Counted from the stretch's first letter, positions 10,459 to 21,227 are shown. The stretch is 61,106 nt of DNA from an uncultured virus (IMG/VR IMGVR_UViG_3300033553_000790) (IMGVR_UViG_3300033553_000790); one strand, 5' to 3'. Made by a program: numbers and translations. The notes: generated from the letters alone by a model not told the origin.

Positions 10459-11349
10459 ATGGAATTCATACGTACAAATGCTGCTTTAATTGGAGTTCTA
10501 GTCACACTAGCAACTTTAGTTACACTACATTTAACAGCCTTAAATTTATCCAAAACTAAATGGTTAGAGCAAAAGAGAAGATTTGTGTATCTGCTCGGAG
10601 ATAAACCGGAGAGTAGAGAAGATACCGCTAAAGCTTTCTTCCGAAAGGTAATAATGTTATCTTCTGGAGCTTCCGTACTGGCTTACGCTGCGCTGTCGTT
10701 AATATTAGGAACATCTGGACTGAATAGCCTCATAGTGTCATCCTTATCTATATTAGCCTGGGTTTCCGTTTTTGGCTCAATGATAGATGTCAAGACAAAA
10801 CGAATTCCTTCTGAGCCTTTCAAGTACGCTTACTTAGGTGGAGCTCTACTAGGTATATTAGCCTCCTCCGTTTTCCTGGATATGGCAAATCTGGACATTC
10901 TCCTAGTCGGTATAACCTGGGGCGGGGTTCTGTTCATACTTTTTGCCCCTGCTCTTTTTGCTGTAGGCGGGATGAGCGATGTTAGGTTCCTGTTAGTAGC
11001 GGCATTACTTCTATGGTGGTGGATGCCTTACCAGTACGCCCTATTCGCTTTCTTCGGCGCTGCTGTAGTTGGCTTGTTGTCATTCGGATTAGCTAAACTT
11101 TCTGCCCCTAAAAGCAAAGGAAATAAAAGCAACAAATCATTCCTCAGTAGTATATCAGCAGGGGTTCTAAAGCCAGCGAATATCAAAATGATTGAGCAGC
11201 AGCTGGATGAAGGTAAAGCATCCGAAGCTGGCATTAGAGAGTGGCTTGCCCATACACGCTCAACAGCTACATCAGGTACGTTACCTTTTGTACCTTACCT
11301 AGCACCTGCTTACTTCATCGTCTCCTTAATTGCCCTCTACAGGGGTTAA
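10459..11349 (+). CDS. Prepilin peptidase (A24 family)
   Basis: Multi-TM protein with IDVKTKRIP, GGMSDVRF and C-terminal LPFVPYL motifs. Confidence 0.75.
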   Translation: MEFIRTNAALIGVLVTLATLVTLHLTALNLSKTKWLEQKRRFVYLLGDKPESREDTAKAFFRKVIMLSSGASVLAYAALSLILGTSGLNSLIVSSLSILAWVSVFGSMIDVKTKRIPSEPFKYAYLGGALLGILASSVFLDMANLDILLVGITWGGVLFILFAPALFAVGGMSDVRFLLVAALLLWWWMPYQYALFAFFGAAVVGLLSFGLAKLSAPKSKGNKSNKSFLSSISAGVLKPANIKMIEQQLDEGKASEAGIREWLAHTRSTATSGTLPFVPYLAPAYFIVSLIALYRG

Positions 11350-11370
11350 TAATCCGATATAGGAGATACT

Positions 11371-11982
11371 ATGAAGAAAAAACGAGCTATATACACTAAT
11401 GATGATGTGGAAGACGGCCCCAACGGGGACGCCATCTATGGCGCTAACGACACGGGTAAAGTAACCTCTGAAGAGGTTAGGGAGACCTTCACTCTAACTT
11501 TTAAAGTGATAATGAGCGTAGTTGTAGCGGCCATAATATCACTTGTTGCTCTTTACGCTTTCGCCTCAGGTACGGTAGCTTCCGCAGTACACCTCGGCGG
11601 TGGAGAGTTCGTGTGGACGGAAAGAGATGCTTGGGAAGGCGGCGTTCCGGCTACAGGCGATCAGGTAACCGCCACAATTGAGCGCCCCGCCGCGAATGAC
11701 TTTATCGGAAAAGTAATAGAGGGTGTCTATATCCCAACAGCAACTGGAGTGTTCGAGATAGTAGGGGGTCCTTTCGGGATTGTTACAGTAGATGAAGATA
11801 CTAACGAAATAATTTATAATAACGAACCCACTGGCCTCTACGGGAGCTTAGAACCAAGAGCATTGGAAAACGAGTATCTTACAATATGTGCCAAAGGGGA
11901 CTGTAAGGCGAACTCATACTATTATGTGTCAGAAGACTACATAATAGGTAAGGCTGAAAAGTATCTAGGTAAAGTTAGCTAA
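11371..11982 (+). CDS. Single-pass membrane protein, hypothetical
   Basis: 203 aa ORF, one TM helix, GGAG RBS. Confidence 0.55.
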   Translation: MKKKRAIYTNDDVEDGPNGDAIYGANDTGKVTSEEVRETFTLTFKVIMSVVVAAIISLVALYAFASGTVASAVHLGGGEFVWTERDAWEGGVPATGDQVTATIERPAANDFIGKVIEGVYIPTATGVFEIVGGPFGIVTVDEDTNEIIYNNEPTGLYGSLEPRALENEYLTICAKGDCKANSYYYVSEDYIIGKAEKYLGKVS

Positions 11983-12007
11983 TTTGTGACTACGATTTGT
12001 AAGAAAA

Positions 12008-12616
12008 GTGAGGTTGAAAAGTATCATGCCCTTATTTTTTGATGACAAATCACCTCGTGCCAAAAAGGAGGGTGAGTTAGAAGATGAACCTATTGAAGTT
12101 GATGAAATAGAAGAAGAGTATATTCAACTTGATGATACTGATGAATATAGCAGCGAGTATGATTCGGAGCCTGACTTCTCAAATGGCGCGGATGAATACA
12201 GTAGCGAGTACGATTCGGAGCCTGACTTCTCAGATGACGGTGATGAATACGAAGTGGCTGACCTTTTAGCTAAAGCGGAAAAGAAATACAATGTTTTTTC
12301 AAACACTGATGGGGTTGAAAAAGAAACCTTAGAGCGTATTGGCATAAAGTCGGAGGAAGAGAACCCCATACCTAAGTCCAGATTAGCGGAAGAATTTAAT
12401 CGCAGCCCTCAAGAATATATACAGCCCGGATTACATCAACGCGGTCCCAAGCCCATCATAACTAAGGCAGAGGCTTCCTCTAGAAAACAGGGGAAAGCTA
12501 AAGAAGTCTTTATGGTTTTCGCAGTTAAGGTAATGCCAATAATACTGGTAGTTGGTATATCGGCAGCGCTTATGGGCGGGCTTCTCTACGCAACCTACTC
12601 GCTGATCAGTCGCTAA
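12008..12616 (+). CDS. Acidic protein with C-terminal membrane anchor
   Basis: 202 aa ORF; C-terminal TM helix; internal repeat. Confidence 0.55.
   Translation: MRLKSIMPLFFDDKSPRAKKEGELEDEPIEVDEIEEEYIQLDDTDEYSSEYDSEPDFSNGADEYSSEYDSEPDFSDDGDEYEVADLLAKAEKKYNVFSNTDGVEKETLERIGIKSEEENPIPKSRLAEEFNRSPQEYIQPGLHQRGPKPIITKAEASSRKQGKAKEVFMVFAVKVMPIILVVGISAALMGGLLYATYSLISR
12140..12232 (+). repeat. 51-nt period in-frame tandem repeat (DEYSSEYDSEPDFS x2)
   Basis: Direct repeat seen in DNA and protein. Confidence 0.85.
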
Positions 12617-12645
12617 AAATAATCCGCGATACATTCCCAGGGGCA

Positions 12646-13320
12646 CTAGACCTGATGTATAGGGCACCAAGGGGAGTGGGAGGGGTGTTCTACTGTCCCA
12701 GCAAGGAAGCCCGCTGCGCCAGTACAGCCGGGGTCTTTACGGCCCCTTACAGTGCGGGATCTCCTGAAGTTCAAATTGACGAATTCTAACTTTATTGGTT
12801 CACCATTTATAGCCCTGATTTCAACAACTAAGTTGGGCGGTATTCTTAATGCAGGGCCACTAGAGGGTCTAAGTATAATTCGTTTACCAACTATATTAAG
12901 CTGTCCAACGTATCTTTTCCTGTCACCATCTTCAGTAGCTACTATTGAAACGGTTTGCCCCACTAAAGGCCCGAAATTTCTGAATGTACCGTCTGCTATA
13001 TAAAAACTTGTGCTTAATACGCCGCCGTATTTAAGATAACCTGCGGCCGCTGGATAGGACTTAGCTACTGTCTCACGCACAGCGTTTTCGGCTTCTTCGA
13101 ATTTGGCACTTGTTGAGCTAATCAGCTCACGCTCATGTGAGCGGGTTTTATCAATAACGCTATAAACGTAACGGCTGCCGTCTTCAAGCATCTTAGCATT
13201 GAAATGCCCCGTATTCCACTCCCATATGTTGAAACTGCCAGCACTTTCCGCTTTACTGTAGTCCCATGGAATTGGTTCCATTTTAGGTTCGCTATACTTA
13301 GCCATTAATTCCCCTAACAA
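12646..13320 (-). CDS. Hypothetical protein, C-terminal C/H cluster
   Basis: 224 aa ORF ending GCTG...H...WCPIH. Confidence 0.55.
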   Translation of the reverse strand: MLGELMAKYSEPKMEPIPWDYSKAESAGSFNIWEWNTGHFNAKMLEDGSRYVYSVIDKTRSHERELISSTSAKFEEAENAVRETVAKSYPAAAGYLKYGGVLSTSFYIADGTFRNFGPLVGQTVSIVATEDGDRKRYVGQLNIVGKRIILRPSSGPALRIPPNLVVEIRAINGEPIKLEFVNLNFRRSRTVRGRKDPGCTGAAGFLAGTVEHPSHSPWCPIHQV

Positions 13321-13461
13321 GAATGCGTTATCTCCTTTTCATATCGGCCTATGTTAACTAGTATTATATCTACAAAATATAAATATATTTTTCGAATATT
13401 TCACTGAATAATATTAACTGTGATATAATCGTATCTATAAGTTTGAAACAAATTATAAAGG

Positions 13462-14430
13462 ATGTGTAATCAAATCATGGCAGAAATCTTTGGAACGTCT
13501 GATGAGAATGGGAATGAAGTCATCATATATCGAGGCCAGGGTAGAATCTCTAGCCTGAATGACCATGAGAATGGTAAAGCCACCCACGTATTTATTCAAG
13601 ATTCTGATGATGGTATGCCATTGGAGGGATGGCTAAGAACTGAAGACCCTATCATGCCAGCTGTAAGGGCTTCCCATGAAGAGAGAGCTGAGGTATCTTA
13701 CCGTATTGAGAAAGTAGCTAAGGACCCCCAAGAAAGCGTTATGGACATTGTTTTAGCTGAGAAAACGGACCAGCTTAAAAGTTTCTTAAGCGCTATCAAC
13801 GGCGAAAGCTCCCCAACTAGTTTAACTGACATTGAAGAAGACGATGATGCTTACGAAATTAACTCTGTTGACCTTGGTGAAATTGAGAAGCAGAGATTAG
13901 CTTCTAAACCCGCTCCTAAAGAAACCACAATGTATGAGCTATATAATAGCGAAGGTGGCGTTAATTACTCTTCATCAGCTTTCATGGGCGCAGTGTCATT
14001 CGAAACTTTCTCACGAGATAGACTCCTTAAATATAACATCATCAACATTAAAGACGTATTCCACCCTAAAGGTGAAGCTGTTGTTCGTAAACACATGAAA
14101 GAGCTCATGAGATTATCAAACAGAGTTCAGCTAATGCTGTTTGATAACCGGCCAGGAGCTAAAGTAAACACCATTTCTAGCACCCACACTAGAATACGAG
14201 GGATGCTTTTTAGTACTTTAGATTTAGGTGTTAACCTTGATGAAGAAGAATATGAACCTCACTTCACTTTAATGGATAACCAAGGTGAAATATTAGATGA
14301 AGTTTCTCAGCGTCTAGAAGATATCGTTTATTCTCGCATGGTTCGTATTGGTGAATTGGCTGTAGATCAAGACCTAATGAACCCTGAAAAACTATTCCCA
14401 AAAGATGAAGATAACGAAGGAAATAATTAA
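13462..14430 (+). CDS. Hypothetical protein
   Basis: 322 aa ORF, no recognised motif. Confidence 0.55.
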   Translation: MCNQIMAEIFGTSDENGNEVIIYRGQGRISSLNDHENGKATHVFIQDSDDGMPLEGWLRTEDPIMPAVRASHEERAEVSYRIEKVAKDPQESVMDIVLAEKTDQLKSFLSAINGESSPTSLTDIEEDDDAYEINSVDLGEIEKQRLASKPAPKETTMYELYNSEGGVNYSSSAFMGAVSFETFSRDRLLKYNIINIKDVFHPKGEAVVRKHMKELMRLSNRVQLMLFDNRPGAKVNTISSTHTRIRGMLFSTLDLGVNLDEEEYEPHFTLMDNQGEILDEVSQRLEDIVYSRMVRIGELAVDQDLMNPEKLFPKDEDNEGNN

Positions 14431-14507
14431 TTTATTAAATTAATGTTGACAAATCACCTTTATAGTGTTATTGTTTAGAATGTAACCAAATAAAGGAGCT
14501 CTACATC

Positions 14508-15086
14508 ATGGCTAAAAAGATATCAAACGCTCGTAAGAAAGTTGAGCGTATCACGCCTTGGGATGAAACCCCTTATGGCAAGCCAACTGTAGGTATTGAC
14601 CCCGGCTCAAGAAACACAGGCTTCATTGTCATTCAAGGCGAAGCTGTACTTTATTCGGCTACCCTAAAGCGTGATGATGTCATGACTGCTGTCGAATACG
14701 GATATTACGTTGTTGATGAAGTAAAAGCAGTGATTAACACCTTAGATGCGCTCAAGGAAAATAAATTACGTATAGGTATTGAAGGTATCTCAGACCCGAA
14801 AGGGTTCCAGAACGGCAAACGTTCACCTATCAACCCTAAGGACATTATTCGAGCAGGAATTGTGGTGGGAGCAATATCAGTTGCTCTTAGGGAATACAGC
14901 CCCATCATCATTCCACCAGGCGGCAACGGGAGTAACCACGCTTCGCAGTACCCACCTTCGCTTCAGGGTCGCCGCCCCTCTGACTTACCTGGTTCTGGTG
15001 GCGGTTCCGGAACAAGAAACCATGAGCAGTCCGCATATGATGTAGCAGTAAAAGCAAACGAGCAGTTCAAACTTAAAGGAGAATAA
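14508..15086 (+). CDS. RuvC-like Holliday junction resolvase (RNase H fold)
   Basis: VGIDPGSRNTG strand-1 motif, IGIEG catalytic Glu, C-terminal helix; TTGACA promoter at 14446. Confidence 0.65.
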   Translation: MAKKISNARKKVERITPWDETPYGKPTVGIDPGSRNTGFIVIQGEAVLYSATLKRDDVMTAVEYGYYVVDEVKAVINTLDALKENKLRIGIEGISDPKGFQNGKRSPINPKDIIRAGIVVGAISVALREYSPIIIPPGGNGSNHASQYPPSLQGRRPSDLPGSGGGSGTRNHEQSAYDVAVKANEQFKLKGE

Positions 15087-15087
15087 A

Positions 15088-15738
15088 ATGAACACAAACG
15101 TTATAGAGAAAAACACCAACTTAGCGACCGAAACCACTGAGGACCTCCGAGGACTTTACGAGGATGCGCTAGCTGAGCTTGACGAGAAGTCAGTAGACGC
15201 TGAAATCTTCTGCGCAACTGAAGATGCGCAGCCTGTTTACGACAGCCCTTATCTCACTAACTTTTCCGCTAAGGAATACCGTACCGATAATTTCCCGACC
15301 GAAGAGGCAAAGATAACTACTCTGAAAGGTAAAATATCGTCAGCTAAAAAAGCTGGTCACACGTACGGAACTTATCAGGATGAGGTTACCAAGATCGAAA
15401 ACCGAATCTCTGCTGCTGTTGAAACAGCACGTGAAGAGCACAAAACTAGGGCTATGTACGCCACTGCTGCTGCCCGTATGGGATGCGGTAACTGCGCCCT
15501 ACAAGATACATGTATCAAAGTTGCGAAATACGCCACTGCTCTGAGCGGCGATGAGCGTTTCATATACGGTATGATTGGCGGCGTCAGTGAGCAGGAGCGA
15601 CGTAATGTTCTCCGGTTAGCTGAGCAGACCGGTAAGAGCGTAACAGAGGTATGGCCAGAGGACTTCGCTAACAGCGAACTTGCCGACCCGAACCGTAAAA
15701 TTGAGAATAAAATAAATAAATTTATTCCTAAAAGTTAG
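15088..15738 (+). CDS. WhiB-like Fe-S transcription regulator, divergent
   Basis: CGNCALQDTC (CxxCx5C) followed by YGMIGGVSEQERR (compare GVWGGxSExER). Confidence 0.65.
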   Translation: MNTNVIEKNTNLATETTEDLRGLYEDALAELDEKSVDAEIFCATEDAQPVYDSPYLTNFSAKEYRTDNFPTEEAKITTLKGKISSAKKAGHTYGTYQDEVTKIENRISAAVETAREEHKTRAMYATAAARMGCGNCALQDTCIKVAKYATALSGDERFIYGMIGGVSEQERRNVLRLAEQTGKSVTEVWPEDFANSELADPNRKIENKINKFIPKS

Positions 15739-15818
15739 TCAATAATGCCTATATAAGGCTTGAACGTTTTTTAATTACACATTATATAAACGTTCATAAT
15801 TAAAACTAACTAGATAAG

Positions 15819-16265
15819 GTGAAATATATAATGTCTCTTCAAACATACCAGGTCCCGTTTTTCGGCAACTTAACTCGCGATCCTGAGCTCAGGGTTTTAG
15901 ATAACTCTAACTATGTTGTGAATTTTGCGGTGGCAAACACTCCCAGATACCACAAAGACGGAGAGTGGAAGAACCACACTACGTTGTATCAAGAATGCAC
16001 TGCTTTTGGCAAGTTAGCTCAGCATATTGCTGACAGCCTAACTAAAGGAAGCCGCGTCGTTGGCATTGGTAACATGCGTTCACGCGAGTGGGAATCCAAT
16101 GGCGAGAAAAGGTCCGTTACTGAAATAGTTGTAGAGGACATCGGTCCTTCATTACTATTCAACAGCGTATCCGTTCACAAAAACGAGAATCGCGGTGGGG
16201 GATACAACGCTCCCTCTGAATATAAAGATGACTCAAGCTCATCAAAAAGCCCTTTTGATGACTAA
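15819..16265 (+). CDS. ssb: Single-stranded DNA-binding protein
   Basis: GNLTRDPELR, KGSRV, IGPSL actinobacterial-type OB fold and acidic PF tail. Confidence 0.92.
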   Translation: MKYIMSLQTYQVPFFGNLTRDPELRVLDNSNYVVNFAVANTPRYHKDGEWKNHTTLYQECTAFGKLAQHIADSLTKGSRVVGIGNMRSREWESNGEKRSVTEIVVEDIGPSLLFNSVSVHKNENRGGGYNAPSEYKDDSSSSKSPFDD

Positions 16266-16293
16266 GAAAGAAAATTCTTTACATTTTTAACCA

Positions 16294-16333
16294 AAAAAGC
16301 AAAATAGCCTAACAAAGGTTGTTTTGCTTTTTT
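16294..16333 (+). terminator. Intrinsic terminator after ssb
   Basis: AAAAAGCAAAATAGCCT...AGGTTGTTTTGCTTTTT hairpin. Confidence 0.7.
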
Positions 16334-16392
16334 GTATTATAGCAGCTAATAACACGTTAGTAAACGTTAACTAAGTAAAGGGAGCATTAGAA

Positions 16393-17217
16393 ATGTCGGA
16401 TAGCACAGATCAAAACGAAAGAATACAGGATCGGCTGCCAATAATGGCTGATTACCCAGGTTCAGAAGGTAAATCTTGGAATGAAATCCCATTAGGGGTA
16501 GGCGAGGATGGCGAAGTAACGTGGAACGTTAAGAATGATTCTCACATGCTTATTGCGGGACCAACAGGTTCAGGTAAGTCTGTCATTCAAAGGAACATTA
16601 TCGCTCATTGTGTACAGCATTCTGATATGTGGGAGTTCATAGGCGTTGACCTGAAACAAGTTGAGCTCAGCTCTTATGAAGATTACCCTGGGGTCAAGAG
16701 AATAGTTTTTGATAAGGAAGAAGGCGTTGATGCCCTTAAAATGGCTTCTTTTATAATGGACAAAAGATATGAGAAGCTTATGGCTGCCGGTTTGAACTCT
16801 TTTACTTCTTTGCCTGATGCGCCTAAAGCTATTATGATAATGGTAGATGAGGCTTTCGAATTTATGTCTCCATCTGCCGGTGAAGAAGCTTTAATTGAAG
16901 AGGCAAAATTCATTATAGGTAGAATAGCACGACTAGGGCGAGCAGCAGGTATACACATGGTCGTTGCTATGCAGCGCCCCGACGCCAAAGTTCTCTTCGG
17001 TGAGATTAAAAACAACTTCACAGCTCGTTACGCCGCTGGATATATGGGTGCCACTCCATCTTTTAGGCTGATGGACAGTGATGCCGCTACTGATGTAGAG
17101 GCTGACGTTAAAGGGCGGGGCGTAGTTAGTTTTAACGACGGGACGCACCACTTACAAGCCTACTTTACTTCTGTAAACTGGATAGACGAATGGCTCGCCA
17201 GCAAAGGAAACAAGTAA
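16393..17217 (+). CDS. FtsK/SpoIIIE-family ATPase domain protein
   Basis: HMLIAGPTGSGKS, MVDEAFE, RLGRAAGIH, MQRPD. Confidence 0.85.
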   Translation: MSDSTDQNERIQDRLPIMADYPGSEGKSWNEIPLGVGEDGEVTWNVKNDSHMLIAGPTGSGKSVIQRNIIAHCVQHSDMWEFIGVDLKQVELSSYEDYPGVKRIVFDKEEGVDALKMASFIMDKRYEKLMAAGLNSFTSLPDAPKAIMIMVDEAFEFMSPSAGEEALIEEAKFIIGRIARLGRAAGIHMVVAMQRPDAKVLFGEIKNNFTARYAAGYMGATPSFRLMDSDAATDVEADVKGRGVVSFNDGTHHLQAYFTSVNWIDEWLASKGNK

Positions 17218-17249
17218 CCTAAATTTTAGTATAGCGTGAGGAGAAATAT

Positions 17250-18041
17250 ATGTCAGATAACGTAACCCTGTATGAAGATCCGCTTCCGATAGCAGCTGAT
17301 TACCCAGGTTCAGAAAATAGACCCTGGAATAAAATACCGTTAGGAGTGAGCTCTGAAGCTGAGGTTTCCTGGGATGTTAACGAGGATACTAACATGTTCA
17401 TAGCGGGTAACGCTGGTTCAGGAAAATCTATTGTTCAAACGAATGTTATAGCTCATTGTATACAGCATTCTGACATGTGGGACCTCATTGTTATCGACCC
17501 AGAGCGACATGATTTCATTAAATATGAAGGTCGTCCTGGCGTAAAAACTGTCGCTACGAGTAGAGAGCAGGGTTTCGAATCCTTAAGGTTTGTAGAAGCC
17601 GAAATAGAGAAAAGATATAAAGAGATGGCGGAGTTTAATGTAAACAGTTTCACAGAGTTAATATCCACCCCTAAAGCTATCATGGTAGTGATAGATGACG
17701 CTAACATATTCATGCCGGAACGTAACGGAGAAAACCTGGCAACAGAGGATAGTTTGCTCATTGAGAGAATATCTCAACGAGGAGCAGCGGCAGGTATTCA
17801 CATTTCAGTTTCTACGCAAATGCCACGTATCAAGTGGGATAGTTTCACAGCCCGCTATGCTACTGGGTCGATGAAAGCTACGCCCTCTACAATACTTATG
17901 AACAGCGACATAGCCACTGAGGTAAAGCCAGAAATCAGAGGCCGGGGAGTTGTTATGTTAACATCAGGGGTACAGCACTTACAGGCATATTTTGCTTCTA
18001 GAAACTGGGTTGACGAATGGTTGGTTAGCAAGTCCAAATGA
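17250..18041 (+). CDS. FtsK/SpoIIIE-family ATPase domain protein, diverged paralog
   Basis: IAGNAGSGKS, VIDDAN (Walker B E replaced by D), GAAAGIH. Confidence 0.75.
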   Translation: MSDNVTLYEDPLPIAADYPGSENRPWNKIPLGVSSEAEVSWDVNEDTNMFIAGNAGSGKSIVQTNVIAHCIQHSDMWDLIVIDPERHDFIKYEGRPGVKTVATSREQGFESLRFVEAEIEKRYKEMAEFNVNSFTELISTPKAIMVVIDDANIFMPERNGENLATEDSLLIERISQRGAAAGIHISVSTQMPRIKWDSFTARYATGSMKATPSTILMNSDIATEVKPEIRGRGVVMLTSGVQHLQAYFASRNWVDEWLVSKSK

Positions 18042-18131
18042 TAAGGGTATCTAACACTAACGCTAAGGTAACAGCTGGAGCCCATCGCATCCGATATAGA
18101 TAACGTATCATATAAGATAGAAAAGGTTGAA

Positions 18132-21100
18132 ATGTTGAACAGAACTTATCTGCTGTTTTCCGCAGCTAACCAGGACGCTTCTAGCGCACCTGTAAGCTTT
18201 CACCTATCTCCTTTAGTTTCCCTTATTATACCGGTGCTTCTTACCATCCTAGCCGTAATTAGTTTCTATTATTTCTGGGAAAAAACACATCGACCTAAGC
18301 AGTTGAAGAATAAAACCCCAACACCCGGTTACAGCAACATTATCAGGCGGGCTCTTCGTTATTTATTTAGTGAAGATAAAAGCTATCTAGGAAGCTCAAA
18401 AGACAAGGGCGTAGTTCAATGGCGATATTTCAGCTACGGAGCTGTTATATTCAGTTATCTTTTCTTCCCCATGGCATCAATATTTGGCATACCCCTATGG
18501 GCTGCGCCTATCCCGCTCATTCTCACAGTTATAATATTAACTGGGCGTTTCAGAGCTATTTACGCCACTCAAGAGAATATTATTTCTAGGATATATCAGA
18601 TAGCTAAAACAAATTTCAAATACCCTAACACACAAGATATAGACCCTTGGTCATGTATTAAAGTAGAATCTTGGATTGATGAAGCTACTCCTAAAAGAGT
18701 TGTTATATCTTTGCCCCCTACTTTCAATGGTACGTTTTCAGGATCAACTGAAGGGTTCGAGGGGCATTTCAACTCAGCTACAAGTATAGATGCGGCGTAT
18801 CGTTACGAATGGAATTCTGCTGAAGGTCATGTTATTTGTGAGTATGCTGAGCCGATTCCGAAAATGGCTAATTATCCAGGCTCTGCGCATAGCCCCTGGA
18901 ATGAATTCCCGCTTGGGCTTGGTAGAGACGGTGAGGTAGTGTGGAACGTTAAGGATGACCCTCACATGCTTATTGCGGGACCAACAGGTTCCGGTAAGTC
19001 TGTCGCCCAAAGAAATGTTATTGTACATTGTGTACAGCATTCTGATATGTGGGAGTTCATAGGTATCGACGTTAAACGAGTTGAGCTCAGTCCTTATGAA
19101 GGTTACCCTGGGGTTAAAGGAATAGCTCTCGACAAAGAAGAAGGCGTTGAGGCTCTCAAAATGGTTTCTTCTATAATGGATAAAAGATATGAGCAGCTTA
19201 TGGCTGCTGGACTAAACTCTTTTACTTCTTTACCTGTTGTCCCTAAAGCTATTATGATAATGGTTGATGAGGCTTTCGAGTTCATGTCACCAGCCGCTGG
19301 TAAAACAGAAGAAGCTAAACAAGAAACAGCTTTAGCTGAAGAAGCGACTTTCCTTGTCGGTAGGATAGCGCGACTAGGGCGAGCAGCGGGCATACACATG
19401 GTCATTGCTATGCAGCGACCCGATGCCAAAGTTCTCTTCGGTGAGATTAAAAACAACTTCACAGCTCGTTACGCGGCGGGGCCGATGAAAGCCACCCCAT
19501 CCACTATGTTGATGGACAGCACTATCGCAACTGCCATACAGCCTGGTATTAAAGGTAGGGCAGTAGTTAGCTTCAACGGTGGGTCATATCATTTACAAAC
19601 GTATTACACTTCAGAGAACTGGATAGACGAATGGATGGCCAGTAAAGAAGCAGATAACGAAACAAACACAGAAGGCGCTTCTCATAAAGATAGCGGTTCT
19701 AGTATGTACCGAGATTTTCAACATGAGCAGGATGATAGTAACGACGCTGATGACGAGCCCGCCACTACTCATGTGGAGAAGAAAAAGGGGTTAAAAAACA
19801 TAATTAAAGCAGCATTAGCGGAGTTCAAAGACCCTGACGGAAAAGAAGATACGAACAGCGAGCCACCCAGAAAAAAGCCTGTAAATAAAACCCCTAAGGA
19901 ATCTTCTACCAATCCTAAACCAACGGAGTCTAGTTTAGATGAAAACGAAATAGTTGACTCGTATGTAGGTTGGGAAGAGGAATATAACGAATCTAAACAA
20001 AAATCTGGATTAGACAAGGAAGAAGCCCCCGAACCGGCAAAAGCAGAAAAACGACCAACCGTTCCCGCCAAAGAGGAAGAGGAAGAAGACGAAACTATAG
20101 AGCCGCTCATATATGACAACAGCAGCTTCTTCCAAGAAGAGGATGAAGATCCTCACGCAGATAATATATCTATTGATGAGAATGTCTCCGTCCCCGAAAC
20201 TAACGATGCGCATGACGAAGGCGGCAGCTCATCCGTTGGCACTAATTCGCACCCCCCAGAGCCACAGCCTATTCCCCATCAAGACTTCAACTACGATTAT
20301 GACGCAGAGGATGAGACCACCCCTGCTCTAATCAATCCCAAAGAGCAAAAATATGACGAATGGGATGATGATTTAGAGAAACTATTCGTGAACATTGAAC
20401 ATAACGTCCCTAAGAAGGTCGCTGAAGCTAAATACACCCCAAGTGAAAACTCTAAATTCTCACAAGCATATGAAGAACTATCTGATATTGACGAATCTCC
20501 CCCCGAAACTGAAGAGGATGAGATGATAATACCGGAAGCTGATTTCGCATATGAAGATCAGCCCACCTACAATACTCCAGTCTCTAAAACAGATGAGCGC
20601 GCGGCAACTAATTTTGATGGCGTCATAAACGAACTTGATAGCGAAGAACTTAGAGATAACACAATCGAAGATGAAGAGGAATTCGATAATCTTGCCCATC
20701 TGACTTCACTGTTCGAGGAAGAAGAGGAAGAGACTTCCCGAAAAGAGACTGCTCCTACTAGCAGCAGAACAGAAAAAGAAACTAACAGCGCAACTGAACT
20801 GTCCAGTAACTCACAAGCTGACAGTAACGCACGCGTTCCACGCGTTGAACCTAAAAAGGAAACACAAGATGCGGGCATAGTCCCTCCACGGCGACCAAAG
20901 AGCCGTCACTTATCCTCAAAAGCGGCAGCTGTACTACAGCAGGCCATGAAAGACAACAACCTAACTGATGAAACTTGGGAAGAGATAGACAAGATGGAAT
21001 CAGAGGAAAGCAAGTTAGAGGGCGACAAAGACGCCGATACTACAAAACATAGTGAAGACCACACGCCCCAGTCTTTGACTAACCAAATTGTAAGGCCACA

Positions 21101-21227
21101 GGTTAAGAGCAAAAAGATTGTTAGGCCAGAGTTTTCATCTAAGATGAAAGGTATGCTAGACGAGGAAAGCAATACTGATCAAGAAAAAGCGGACATTAAG
21201 AGACCAATTAAACGCCCTGGGCGTTGA
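18132..21227 (+). CDS. Membrane-anchored FtsK/SpoIIIE (TraB-like) translocase with long acidic disordered tail
   Basis: N-terminal TM helices, GPTGSGKS, DEAFE, RAAGIH, QRPD; about 500 aa acidic tail. Confidence 0.85.
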   Translation: MLNRTYLLFSAANQDASSAPVSFHLSPLVSLIIPVLLTILAVISFYYFWEKTHRPKQLKNKTPTPGYSNIIRRALRYLFSEDKSYLGSSKDKGVVQWRYFSYGAVIFSYLFFPMASIFGIPLWAAPIPLILTVIILTGRFRAIYATQENIISRIYQIAKTNFKYPNTQDIDPWSCIKVESWIDEATPKRVVISLPPTFNGTFSGSTEGFEGHFNSATSIDAAYRYEWNSAEGHVICEYAEPIPKMANYPGSAHSPWNEFPLGLGRDGEVVWNVKDDPHMLIAGPTGSGKSVAQRNVIVHCVQHSDMWEFIGIDVKRVELSPYEGYPGVKGIALDKEEGVEALKMVSSIMDKRYEQLMAAGLNSFTSLPVVPKAIMIMVDEAFEFMSPAAGKTEEAKQETALAEEATFLVGRIARLGRAAGIHMVIAMQRPDAKVLFGEIKNNFTARYAAGPMKATPSTMLMDSTIATAIQPGIKGRAVVSFNGGSYHLQTYYTSENWIDEWMASKEADNETNTEGASHKDSGSSMYRDFQHEQDDSNDADDEPATTHVEKKKGLKNIIKAALAEFKDPDGKEDTNSEPPRKKPVNKTPKESSTNPKPTESSLDENEIVDSYVGWEEEYNESKQKSGLDKEEAPEPAKAEKRPTVPAKEEEEEDETIEPLIYDNSSFFQEEDEDPHADNISIDENVSVPETNDAHDEGGSSSVGTNSHPPEPQPIPHQDFNYDYDAEDETTPALINPKEQKYDEWDDDLEKLFVNIEHNVPKKVAEAKYTPSENSKFSQAYEELSDIDESPPETEEDEMIIPEADFAYEDQPTYNTPVSKTDERAATNFDGVINELDSEELRDNTIEDEEEFDNLAHLTSLFEEEEEETSRKETAPTSSRTEKETNSATELSSNSQADSNARVPRVEPKKETQDAGIVPPRRPKSRHLSSKAAAVLQQAMKDNNLTDETWEEIDKMESEESKLEGDKDADTTKHSEDHTPQSLTNQIVRPQVKSKKIVRPEFSSKMKGMLDEESNTDQEKADIKRPIKRPGR

